DNA of 63,692 nucleotides, counting the filler, from Pirum gemmata (taxonomy: Eukaryota), in assembly GCA_002812295.1 (NCBI GenBank). It is 15 parts of 15 records of this genome, joined end to end, with 100 filler letters (N's around TTAATTAATTAA, not from the genome) between each part and the next. Parts side by side here need not be neighbours in the genome. Positions count along the whole stretch, not along the records: positions 1 to 4,019 come from PDIN01001594.1; positions 4,120 to 8,166 come from PDIN01001595.1; positions 8,267 to 14,073 come from PDIN01001596.1; 12 more parts are not named here. One strand, written 5' to 3'. The notes beneath the pieces are model-generated. The model did not search any database. It was given only the letters and a program-made list of their open reading frames with translations, and had not been told where the DNA came from. The position numbers and the translations under genes are program-made. The first letter of the stretch is position 1; every line of letters starts with the position of its first letter. This document shows positions 1 through 10,041 of this stretch, piece by piece.

Positions 1-69
1 AGCGGTTAAGGAGAATGACTAGAAATCATTTGTGCTTTGCACGCACAGGTTCAAATCCTGTTGGGCGCG
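1..69 (+). tRNA. tRNA-Ser(AGA), 5' end cut by window edge
   Basis: Anticodon arm AATGA-CTAGAAA-TCATT (anticodon AGA at 21-23), long variable arm GTGC-TTT-GCAC, T arm ACAGG-TTCAAAT-CCTGT, 3' acceptor strand TGGGCGC, discriminator G. Confidence 0.92.
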
Positions 70-464
70 AATAAGAACAATATCATAATTATCTATAATT
101 ATAATAAAAATAATAATGGGTATGAATAATAATAACAGGATACTAATAACAACAATATCATAATTATCTATAATTATAATAAAAATGATAATAGTGTAAA
201 ATCCAATTGGGTATGAATAATAATAATAATATGATAGTATACATAAAATCCAATTGGGTATGAATAATAATAATATTAAACAGTATAATAATAACAATAA
301 TAGGGTTAGGTAATAATGATAGGGTTAGCTTTTTTTTTTTTAGCACTATAATTTACCATTTTTTTTTTGTTTTTTAGGTATGTTCAAATACTTTTATGAA
401 GACCTAAAAAAATGTAATCGGGAATCTATTTTTTTAAGGGAAAATTTTTCTCTCAGTAACCATT

Positions 465-695
465 AAGGAGGTTTGTAAATTATTCAATATAAACAAAGTA
501 GATACTAGTTCATATCATCCATAATCAAATGCTTTATTAGAGAGGATTCATCAAGATTTTAATAATATGATTAGCAAATATATTAATGATGATCACAATG
601 ATTGGGATGACATAATACCCTTTGTATTATGGGCTCACCGAACAAAAAGAAACGCTGGAAGAGGTTTTAGCCCTTATTGTTTTAAAATTACTTAA
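465..695 (+). pseudogene. Gypsy/Ginger-type integrase core remnant
   Basis: Manual translation KEVCKLFNINKVDTSSYHP*SNALLERIHQDFNNMISKYINDDHNDWDDIIPFVLWAHRTKRNAGRGFSPY matches the YHPQxNGxxER...WDxxLP...GFSP region of rve integrases; in-frame TAA at 522-524. Confidence 0.85.
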
Positions 696-980
696 TAATT
701 GACAAAATTTCCTTTGAACAAAAAAATTTCCGAAAAAAGTGTATGTATTGTTTTGCAAATGCTTTACAATTGACAAAGAGTCGGAAAAAATAAAAAATTG
801 GCGTATATATTGTTTTGGAATTGTTCAATGATTGAAATAATTTCGTTAAAAATGTTTTTCTTCCGGAAAAAAATTAAAGAATTGGCGTGTATATGTTTCA
901 CAAAGCTTAGTGATTTAAAAGAAAAAGTTTAAAATTTTATGGAATTTTTTTTTCAAACATAGCGTATGTATATGTTAAAC
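690..980. repeat. Degenerate tandem repeat, ~70-80 bp unit
   Basis: Recurrent AAAAATTGGCGT(A/G)TAT(A)TGTT ... ATTGA motif about 4 times. Confidence 0.5.
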
Positions 981-2108
981 GCCGAATGAGTAAAAATAAA
1001 ATTTTTCTCAGGATAAAAATAAATTTTTTACTTGTTTTAGAAACCGGGATGTTATATATTTGATACCTATATATCGATTATTGCTAAAAAAGTCAGATTT
1101 ATTTTATATTATTTATTAATATAGATAGTTATGTGGGATTTTAATTTGTTGATTAAAAATTCATTGACTTAATAAATAAGATGTGATTTTATATTATAAA
1201 TAAGATATGGTTTTATATTATAAATAAGTTGCGTATATGTTTCGTATTATTTATTAATATAGGCAATTATATGAAATTCTAATTTGTTGATTGAAAAATT
1301 CATTATTTAATAAATATTAAGAAATTGTTTTATAATATTTATTAATATAAATATGAAAGTAGATTTTTAGTTTATTAATTAAAAAGAACCGAAATTTTGT
1401 TTTATGATTATGAAGTTGTATTTACAAAATATGGTAATAATATTGATTTATTGTTGGTTCATTGATAAGTTTTTCTTAACAATGACGTTCGTTTTGATAT
1501 ATATATATATATAAAGAAATAATTCTTGATTTATAAGAATTTAAATTTATATTTCAAATGATTTGCTATAAACCTTATTAAGTAATTTGTAGTAATAAAC
1601 GAATGATTGTTTCGTTATATTATAATAATAAATTCATTTGTTACTTTGTATTATATTTCTAATTTAAATAATTTCACTTTAAATTAGTTATTGGATGATA
1701 TTGACTGATTTCGTAAATCAATACCCGAGGTTATCCAAAGTGTTTGGTGTCAATAGATTATTGGAAGATTTTTATGATTTATGTTATTGATTAATTGTTT
1801 ATAATAATAATTGCGATAGTTAATTATTGTTTTTATAATTAAGTTGTTTTTATAATTTCATTTTTTTATTATGGTAATATTGATTTTATTAAATGATAAA
1901 AAAACGTATAAATATAATTGTTGATTTTTGGAAAATGAAAAAAATCAACTAACAACTATAGAAAATCATAAAATTAACAAAATACCTCAAACTTATACTA
2001 TTTAAATTATATATACTGATACAATAATTAAAAAATATAATAAAGGTGACGGGGACTACTATGATTGGGAGACTGTAGATCACGCCCACCCAAGAAGACC
2101 TTTCTTTA

Positions 2109-2637
2109 TTGAAAAGGTTTGAGAAGATAACGTTTTACCCTTCAAAGAAAGTGGTAGGGAGGGGGGGAGCCAAAATTGACCAGCCCACGACCAAACCAAC
2201 ATCGACCAAACCAACATCGACCAGACCAACAGCATCGACTTCAAGAAAAAGAAGACGGTGCGATGAAGATGAAGAAGCTTTGCCTGCCAAAAGGGCCATG
2301 GACGAAGCCTGTGTCCTGGCCCAAACTCATTACACGGACAGTCAATTTAAATCATTACTAAACCAAAAAGAAACTTTTGCCGAGTTGATTAACACGGCAG
2401 CGAATGCCAGTTTCTTTATGATGGTTGAACAAAGTTCATTTTCCAACAGCCAAAAAAACCAGCTGAAGGAAACCGGACGAAAAAATTAAAAACCATAGCA
2501 GAGATGGAAGACTTGAAGCAATTAAAGGGTGATACTGTTATATCACTCGATAGTACCAGCTCCACTGGTCTTTCGCTCAAAAAAAAATTAAAAAAAAAAC
2601 ATTCCAAAAAATATGCTCCTTACTTCTTAAGAAAGTG
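2109..2637 (+). pseudogene. Decayed coding sequence of unknown family with an inverted paralogous copy at ~2940-3144
   Basis: 2307-2414 (ACVLAQTHYTDSQFKSLLNQKETFAELINTAANASF) aligns to the reverse complement of 3038-3144 (ACVLAQTHFTDIQFESLLNKKETFAELINTAANASF), with many third-position differences. Confidence 0.55.
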
Positions 2638-3224
2638 ATACACTATTTGTAATTTTACATGCCAATAAAAAAATAAAATATATTTTTAAACTTTAACCGA
2701 GAGGTCACTTCAGGTACTACTACTCACTTGAGACCTCTTGAGTTTCCTTTTTGTTTTCCTTTTTGTTTTTGTTTTTGTTTTTACATTAGGGTAGATGGCA
2801 GATGCTAGGATAAAGATAGGATTAGAAGCACTAGCTAGGATTTAAGATTTAAGATTTAAGGTTAAAGGTTTAGGCTAATCATTGCATCAATATATATATA
2901 TTACCTGCTTAAACCCTTTTGAACTACTTTTTGTTATATATTGTTGAATTTTTTGTTATTTTGCAACATTTTTAAGTTCTGCACCTCTTCCAGCAAGTTC
3001 TAGGTTTTTTTTTTTTAATAATTTTCCGAGATGGACGAAACTTGCATTTGCTGCTGTATTAATCAATTCGGCAAATGTTTCTTTTTTGTTGAGTAAAGAT
3101 TCAAATTGAATATCCGTGAAATGAGTTTGGGCCAGGACACAGGCAAAAAATAAAATATATTTTTGGAGTTTCCATTTTGTTTTCCTTTTCCTTTTTGTTT
3201 TTACATTAGGGTAGATGGCAGATC

Positions 3225-3720
3225 CAGCTCACATACTAAGACCACCCTATACAAAGAGATCCTAACCCAACTAGGTATCACCCTAGACAAGGGCTGGAAC
3301 TTCGAGAAACACGGCCTGCAACCACTAAGAAAACTTAACAACAAAAAAAGATTCCTTTATGAAATCAAAAGCACACACTGGGGAGCTAATACTAGCACTC
3401 TAGTCAACACTTATAAATCCCTAATACGTTCTAACACAGATCAATCAGCCTTACCAATCATCATGATGAGTAAAACTATTCAAAAGAAATTTGAAATATT
3501 ACAAAACGACATCAACAGACTAGCTACCAACAACTCCAGACTTAAAACAAAGTGATTATCAAAACCCTTTAAATTGACAAACACCACTAGCATAATTGAA
3601 CGCTCAAGACACTTGATTTCAAACTATCTTACTCAAGCCAACCATAACAATCACACAGTAATACAAAATACAATCATCACATACAAACTAAAAGCAAAGA
3701 TAGGTTTACAAGGATAAACA
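3225..3720 (+). mobile_element. Non-LTR retrotransposon (I/Jockey-like) RT thumb-region remnant
   Basis: LGITLDKGWNFEKH and WGANTSTLVNTYKSLIRS resemble the LGxxLDxxLxFxxH and WGAxxxxLxxxYKSLIRS motifs downstream of LINE RT; decayed afterwards. Confidence 0.75.
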
Positions 3721-4019
3721 TAAACTATCAACTACAATTATAGGGCAATTATGCTATCAACAGGACACCTACGTCACCACTGGCTAACGTCACTATGTAG
3801 ACACCAGCGTAGACACCGGCGTAGACACCTGTCTCCCACCAGTGGTGATGGAGAAAATTTATAAAAAAAAAATAATAGACTATCCAAGACTATCATAAAA
3901 AAAAAAAATAATAATTATTTATAATTGCAGTTTTTGCTGTTTTGGTTATTGTTATAAACAGTGTTGGTATTTACAATAACAATAACAACAAACAACAACA
4001 ACAACAACAACAACAACAA

Positions 4020-4119
4020 NNNNNNNNNNNNNNNNNNNNNNNNNNNNNNNNNNNNNNNNNNNNTTAATTAATTAANNNNNNNNNNNNNNNNNNNNNNNNN
4101 NNNNNNNNNNNNNNNNNNN
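4020..4119. other. Artificial contig linker (44N-TTAATTAATTAA-44N)
   Basis: The same 100-bp spacer with six-frame stops also occurs at 8167, 14074, 18220, 22340, 26453, 30595, 34740, 38904, 43044, 47184, 51316, 55452 and 59603. Confidence 0.98.
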
Positions 4120-4165
4120 CAAAATCAAACTAACCCTAGACCAACAACAAAAAAAAAAAAAAAAA

Positions 4166-4990
4166 ATGTTTTTCAATAAAAATAATTTACTCTCATACGT
4201 AACTATTTTGTTAGCGTTTGTGTCTGTCAATTCAAAATTTTTAGAACGTCGAGCAGCGTTCCTCAGTGTTGGGTGGGCAAATGAAAATTTAGAAAATATG
4301 CGTAAAAATGAAGTTAACCCAAAAATCAAAAAAGTAATACAAGACAACAAATTAGATCCTTTCCATTTTGGTAGAACCACTTTGTTTCAAGAGTCATCAC
4401 CATTTTTTAATATGACTGTAACCGCGGAAAAATTCCAAGGGATAAATGCTTTCGAATTAAAACCAAACGGTCTTTATTTTTCAGACGAAAAAGGTGGCTT
4501 TAAAGTTAATCTTGGAGTTATACCACAAGAAATTACAGGCTTTGGAAATGCAACTGGTAGTCCGCTGGATGTTTTTATTCCTATTGAAATCACAGTGCAT
4601 GATCTTACACCAACACCGAGAATAGTATCTGGTGTTTTGTCCACTACTCTAGATTTAGTTATAGGTTTCGAGCTTTATACAAATGTAGAGATTTTACCAC
4701 CCTATAATACGTACAATACAGCAATTCAAGTGTCCGATGTACAAACTACAATTGTTGCTAATTCAACAGCAATTGTGATTGAAGATGACTTTGTTAATGA
4801 CTTTTTCAAAGCTTTTAAACCCGAAGAACTTGTTGCAAAGGAGAAAGAAAAGATTGAAAACATGATTGATGAGGAATTGATAAAATTATTAGAGCCAGCC
4901 TTAAAAACTCTAAGCGATAACTTTGGTTCAAGAGTTGAATTTAGTGTTGGTATATTGTCGGTTTTGATTTTTTCTGTATGGTTAGCATAG
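4166..4990 (+). CDS. Secreted, probably GPI- or membrane-anchored protein, 274 aa (possibly BPI/LBP TULIP-like)
   Basis: Clean ORF after an A-rich leader, N-terminal signal peptide (LLSYVTILLAFVSVNS), C-terminal hydrophobic tail (FSVGILSVLIFSVWLA). The helix / beta-rich core / long helix layout only loosely suggests a TULIP fold. Confidence 0.8.
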   Translation: MFFNKNNLLSYVTILLAFVSVNSKFLERRAAFLSVGWANENLENMRKNEVNPKIKKVIQDNKLDPFHFGRTTLFQESSPFFNMTVTAEKFQGINAFELKPNGLYFSDEKGGFKVNLGVIPQEITGFGNATGSPLDVFIPIEITVHDLTPTPRIVSGVLSTTLDLVIGFELYTNVEILPPYNTYNTAIQVSDVQTTIVANSTAIVIEDDFVNDFFKAFKPEELVAKEKEKIENMIDEELIKLLEPALKTLSDNFGSRVEFSVGILSVLIFSVWLA

Positions 4991-5191
4991 CTATTAGCAC
5001 AGTGTTGTAATTTTGTTAGTTATAATGTAATAGAAATGAAAAATAAATTTTAAACAAATGAAATGTTTTTGTCTTCTTTAAATTTATTTTCTCAAAGTAT
5101 ATAATAATATTATACATGACACATAGTAATATATATAATACAATATTAAACTTTATAATTATAATACAATTAATATTATATATAATATATT

Positions 5192-5662
5192 ATGTGGGTC
5201 TTTCGGAACTTTTCAATGCATATAATATATATATATATGTGTGTTTTTTAATAGCATATTATTAATATATAGTGGTCTTTAATATGAATTCAATCAGGTT
5301 TATGAAATTTCTTCTTTACATTTTTTTCTATTTCGGTTACATAATTACTTTCATTTTTTTAATTGTTGTTGAATAAAATTAAAAGTTATTATTGATATTA
5401 TTATCGTACTTGTGCAGAATTGGAAAAAGGTGACTTGTGTTGGTTGTGCTTGATTTGTGACCGACATGGATTATAATCGGTCACGAATCTTAAATACCAA
5501 TGGCAATGGCATCCAACATTCACACTTTTGTTGTTTATGCATCTCGTTTTTTAAAATGTTAAAGTCTCCTCTGGAGACATTTCTTTGATCTCTATAATAT
5601 TATACCAGAATTCGAAAATTGGGGTATATTCATATATAGATCAAGTTCCGAAAGACCCACAT
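5192..5662. mobile_element. MITE-like element with perfect 20-bp terminal inverted repeat
   Basis: ATGTGGGTCTTTCGGAACTT (5192-5211) and AAGTTCCGAAAGACCCACAT (5643-5662); a related terminus occurs at ~56449-56476. Confidence 0.75.
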
Positions 5663-6750
5663 CTATTTCCATATAATATTATAATGAATCTATATTTTTA
5701 AGAAAAAATGTCAGAATCTACCCAAACCTTTTAAAAAAATGTTTTCTATTTTATTAGTTTATGTTGTGGCTTCAGTGTTATTTTTTGTTTATAATAAATT
5801 TTAATAATAATAATAACGAATAATAATTATATTATGCAGAAATAATAATAATAATAACAAAAAAAGTATAATAATTAAATATAGTTCTATATAATTATAT
5901 TATGCATATGATTATATAGTTTAAATTTGCTATTATTTTTATATTGTCATTGCTATTATACAGTTATATTAGTATGTACTAGTTATGTACTGTACTTTAC
6001 ACTGGTCTACGAAACCAACAAAGAAGCACGAATGTTCTTATGATTCCGAAATGAGTTTTTGCATTGATACATGGACAGATGAATGTTGGTATGATAACAC
6101 AACCCTGCCAAATGTGATGAAGCTTGCCGAAAGGGAGAAGCCAGAAACAATAATCAATAACGGTTACTACTACTGTGATTTATCGTAATATGTATGTCCT
6201 ATTGGGTATATCTTTCATAGCTCCATATAAACAAATACTTTTAACTATTTCATACCAATTAACATCAAAAGTGAATTCAAAAGTAAAATACATTCTAAAA
6301 CCCAATATACCATTTTCATCATAAAATTTAATCGAGTTTGGTATATTTATATTTTTTATATGGTTTTCACTCCACTCTCTTAACACACACACACACACAC
6401 GCTTAAAGGTAATAAAGGTGACTATAATGATTTCATATATATATTATATATTAAGGTTTTAGCAAGCTAATTAATGTGTTATTATTAATATTATTATTGC
6501 TGACGTACAACATCAAGCAATCTTTATTTTATTTACAAATATAAAAGAATTATTAGCTTCAAAACAGCATTACAATAAAACGTAATAATTGTCAAATTAT
6601 CAAAAAAATCAACATAATATTGATTAACATCATAATTATCAATTTTTAAACAACACTTTTAATTACAATACCTTCGAATCCATAATAAACAGTTGTTGTT
6701 TATAATTGAAATAACTTCAATAATATATGTCATATAATTAGAATTTTTGA

Positions 6751-7958
6751 CTATAATAACATTAAGTTAAGAGTAAACAATGAAACGAATAACATTGTAT
6801 ATGATACAATCAACTTAGTAGATGTCCCTTTAACAGATCCTTGAACTCTATCTATTGGTTGTTGTGCATCAACTCCAGTTTTATATTGACATTCAGAATA
6901 CCACCTATTGACAGAAACACATTCCATATTACTTGGACAGCATGTTTCGCCGATAAAGGCTTCACCACCACATTGCGATGAGATTGTGTTAATACAACTT
7001 TGATTGCCACTACTATTATCATTACCATTACTACTATTACCACTATTACCATTGCCATTATCATTACTATCACTATTACCGCCATTGCCATTGCTATTGC
7101 CATTCTCATCAGCATCACCATTAACATTGTCATTACCGGCACTATTACCGCCATTACCATTACCATTACCATTTTCATTATCACCACCATTACCATTATC
7201 ATTACCGGCACTAATAGCATTGGTTACTTTACTATAAAATTTATGACCAGGAATAGACTTAGGAGTTGTACAAGCTCTATTGAAAGTAAAGCAATTGTTA
7301 TTCGGGTTTTTAAGATTAACATTGTAATCAAAAGCACCACAGCCTTCCGTAACAAAACAAAGGTTTCTGCAAGACTCCATAGAGTTTACCCATCCTTGAC
7401 TGCTTGCTTTGAAACCTCCTTCACGAACACCATAACAGCCATAATTATTGTCATGTTCTCTATTAAAACAGGGAATAGGAACCGTGTGTGCTAATCTACT
7501 ACCTAACATCTCATCTAACTTTGCATTGATATCATTATAAAAGTTATCATTTCGAAATACTTGATGTCCACCATCTTTGTATTTAACAAAATGATAATCA
7601 GTATCAGTTTTTGATAATTTATCAGCACAAGCTTGAGATGAACCCAAACCAACAACTGGATCATTTTCAGCATGTATTAGTAAAACTTTTTGATTATATT
7701 TGTAACCTGCTTTAATAGTTTTACCGTTGCAACCTGCTACAAAAATAGTTGCAATAGCTTGGTTTTGGAAATCGATATTGAACAAAGAATGTGCACTAGA
7801 CATGCCTCCTAATGAATACCCGAACGTTATGAATCTATTCTTATCAAAGAAATATTGTGGGGCAATTTTTTTAAAAGCTAAAATTACCGCCTTTATTTTG
7901 TCTGGGTGATTTCTTCCTACCACAGTCCAACTAACAGAAACACAAGCCCGACCTTGAC
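6751..7958 (-). CDS. Terminal exon of alpha/beta-hydrolase (esterase)-PAN/apple-CBM1 protein with C-terminal GPI-like tail
   Basis: GYSLGG nucleophile elbow, HAENDPVV (Asp), GGH (His); PAN-like CRNLC...CGAFDY...CFTF; N/G-rich linker; CBM1 QCGGEAFIGETCCPSNMECVSVNRWYSEC; hydrophobic C-terminus. Acceptor AG at 7960-7959 opens the frame; 5' exons missing. Confidence 0.88.
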
Positions 7959-8455
7959 CTAATTATTATTATCATTGATATAATATATTATATAATTATA
8001 TTGTTAATGATTGAGTTTTGTTTTAATAATAAAAATAATAGTAATAATAATAATAACAATAGTAATAATAATAATAGTAATTAATAATATTTTATTATTA
8101 TTAATCATTATTATTAATTAATATAATAATAATAATAATTTGTATAATAATAATAATAATTATAATNNNNNNNNNNNNNNNNNNNNNNNNNNNNNNNNNN
8201 NNNNNNNNNNTTAATTAATTAANNNNNNNNNNNNNNNNNNNNNNNNNNNNNNNNNNNNNNNNNNNNATAAATAATAAATAATAAATAATAAATAACAAAT
8301 AATAAATAATAAATAATAAATAATAAATCATAAATCATAAATCATAAATAATTTTCTAAAGTTATATCTATTTTTATTTTATTTTATTTTAGAAAAAGGT
8401 AACCTTTTTATTTTACACAACATAATACTTTAAAGGGTGGTGGAAGAGGAGCCGC

Positions 8456-9732
8456 CTATGGTGACGGTGAGCGTGTGCGTGAGCGTCCTCTATTGCGTCC
8501 TCTCCCAGCCTCTCTATTGGTAATAGCATCACTAATAGCATTAGGAACGGGGAACCCAGTATCTTCCAGTAGGGCACGGATGGAAATTAAGAAATCGGTG
8601 GTGTGGTCATCTTCCACTAAGCCCATAACTCGGTTATTGGCTTCTGAGTTTCTTTTAATTATTCTAAAAAGAAAGTAGACTGTTGCGCGGTTGGCTTCGA
8701 TAACGAAAAATTTTTGGTCTCCAACCCTTCGAATGGAATCCCCCCATAGCTGGTTTAAGTTTCTGTGTAACCAAATGGGATAGTGTTGTCTAAAGAAATC
8801 TAGCCCAAGTGTTATTTGGTATGCTTGGGCTAGGTTAACTTCATTAGAAATGAAGCTTACCTTTTCATCTCGGTCGGCTTTGAAGATCTCGTCATTGTCT
8901 TCGGTCCGATTGTCACCACCCAATTCATCTTCATTCAGTTCGTGTCTAATGTTTAGGGTTACGTGTTAGGGTTAGGGTTAGGGTTAGGGTTAGGGTTAGG
9001 GTTAGGGGTAGGGTTAGGGTTAGGGTTAGGGTTAGGGGTAAGGGTAGGGGTAGGGTTAGGGGTTAGGGTTNNNNNNNNNNNNNNNNNNNNNNNNNNNNNN
9101 NNNNNNNNNNNNNNNNNNNNNNNNNNNNNNNNNNNNNNNNNNNNNNNNNNNNNNNNNNNNNNNNNNNNTTAGGGTTTAGGGTTTAGGGTTTAGGGTTTAG
9201 GGTTTAGGGTTTAGGGTTTAGGGTTTAGGTTAGGTTTAGGTTTTAGGTTTTAGGGTTTAGGATTATAACTTACACATTAAATAATTTTATTTGTACAGGA
9301 TCGTTTTTTCTACCCCCACCCCCCTTGTGTTTGGGGACTTCCCATTGCTTTCTTAGCAAGAACCCATTACCATTCGTCATATGGAAGGTTTCAGATTTTA
9401 ATAGCGACCGGCAATACTTGTGATTCTGAATCTCAGTAAGAATCATGTCCAGTACATCTTCGTACGGTGTTCCCACTTCAATTTCATTAAGTATTAGGGA
9501 GTGTATGGCGCTCGCTTTTTTGAACACCTCAATATTTCTATTTAATATAATATAATATAATAATAATAATAATAATAAGTAATAAGTAAATATGTAAATA
9601 ATATAAATATAATATAATATAATAAAAATAAATAATACTCATATAAATAACAATTATTAGGTCTCTGAAAGACAACGACACGTATTACCCCGCAAAAATT
9701 ACGACTCACCGGGAAGTGACTACTGTTGGCAT
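8456..9732 (-). CDS. Three-exon gene for an unknown ~258-aa protein with RS-like C-terminus (exons 9732-9710, 9537-9274, 8945-8456)
   Basis: ATG 9732, donor GTGAGT 9709, acceptor TAG ending 9538, donor GTAAGT 9273, acceptor TAG ending 8946. Both introns are phase 2 and join the two annotated ORFs in frame (MPTVVTSR-NIEVFKKA...KLFNV-HELNEDELGGDN...RSRTRSPSP). Confidence 0.8.
8951..9261. repeat. Intronic telomere-type array: TTAGGG, scaffold gap, then TTTAGGG
   Basis: TTAGGG/TAGGGG units 8951-9070, N gap 9071-9168, TTTAGGG units 9169-9261. Confidence 0.95.
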
Positions 9733-9972
9733 TTAGTACGTTTTTATCACTGTACTACTACACTTTTTTTTAGTTTTAACTATTGTTTAAATATAACCGA
9801 ACATTTCCCGCACAACACTTTTTTTAGTGTTAATTAACTATTGTTTAAAAATGTAACCCTTGTTTTTGTTGTTTTGTTTTAAATTTTTCTTATTTCAATG
9901 TTTATATAAACAGGACGCATATTGTAAGCTATTGAAGTATGGCTTTGGTAATTGTATTTATACATAAAATAG

Positions 9973-10005
<33 letters not shown>

Positions 10006-10041
10006 NAGTGATGTGCAGAAAATAAACTACCTACTCCGCGC

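Noticed and set aside
1..695. tRNA-targeted retroelement insertion
   Set aside because: Only a small integrase relic ~400 bp downstream with no element end visible; one case is not evidence of targeting.
4064..4075. Recurrent TTAATTAATTAA as a biological motif or regularly spaced repeat
   Set aside because: Always centred in 44N+44N; a synthetic six-frame stop linker.
6852..7494. Overlapping ORFs in other frames over the esterase gene
   Set aside because: Shadows of the AAT/GGT linker repeat.
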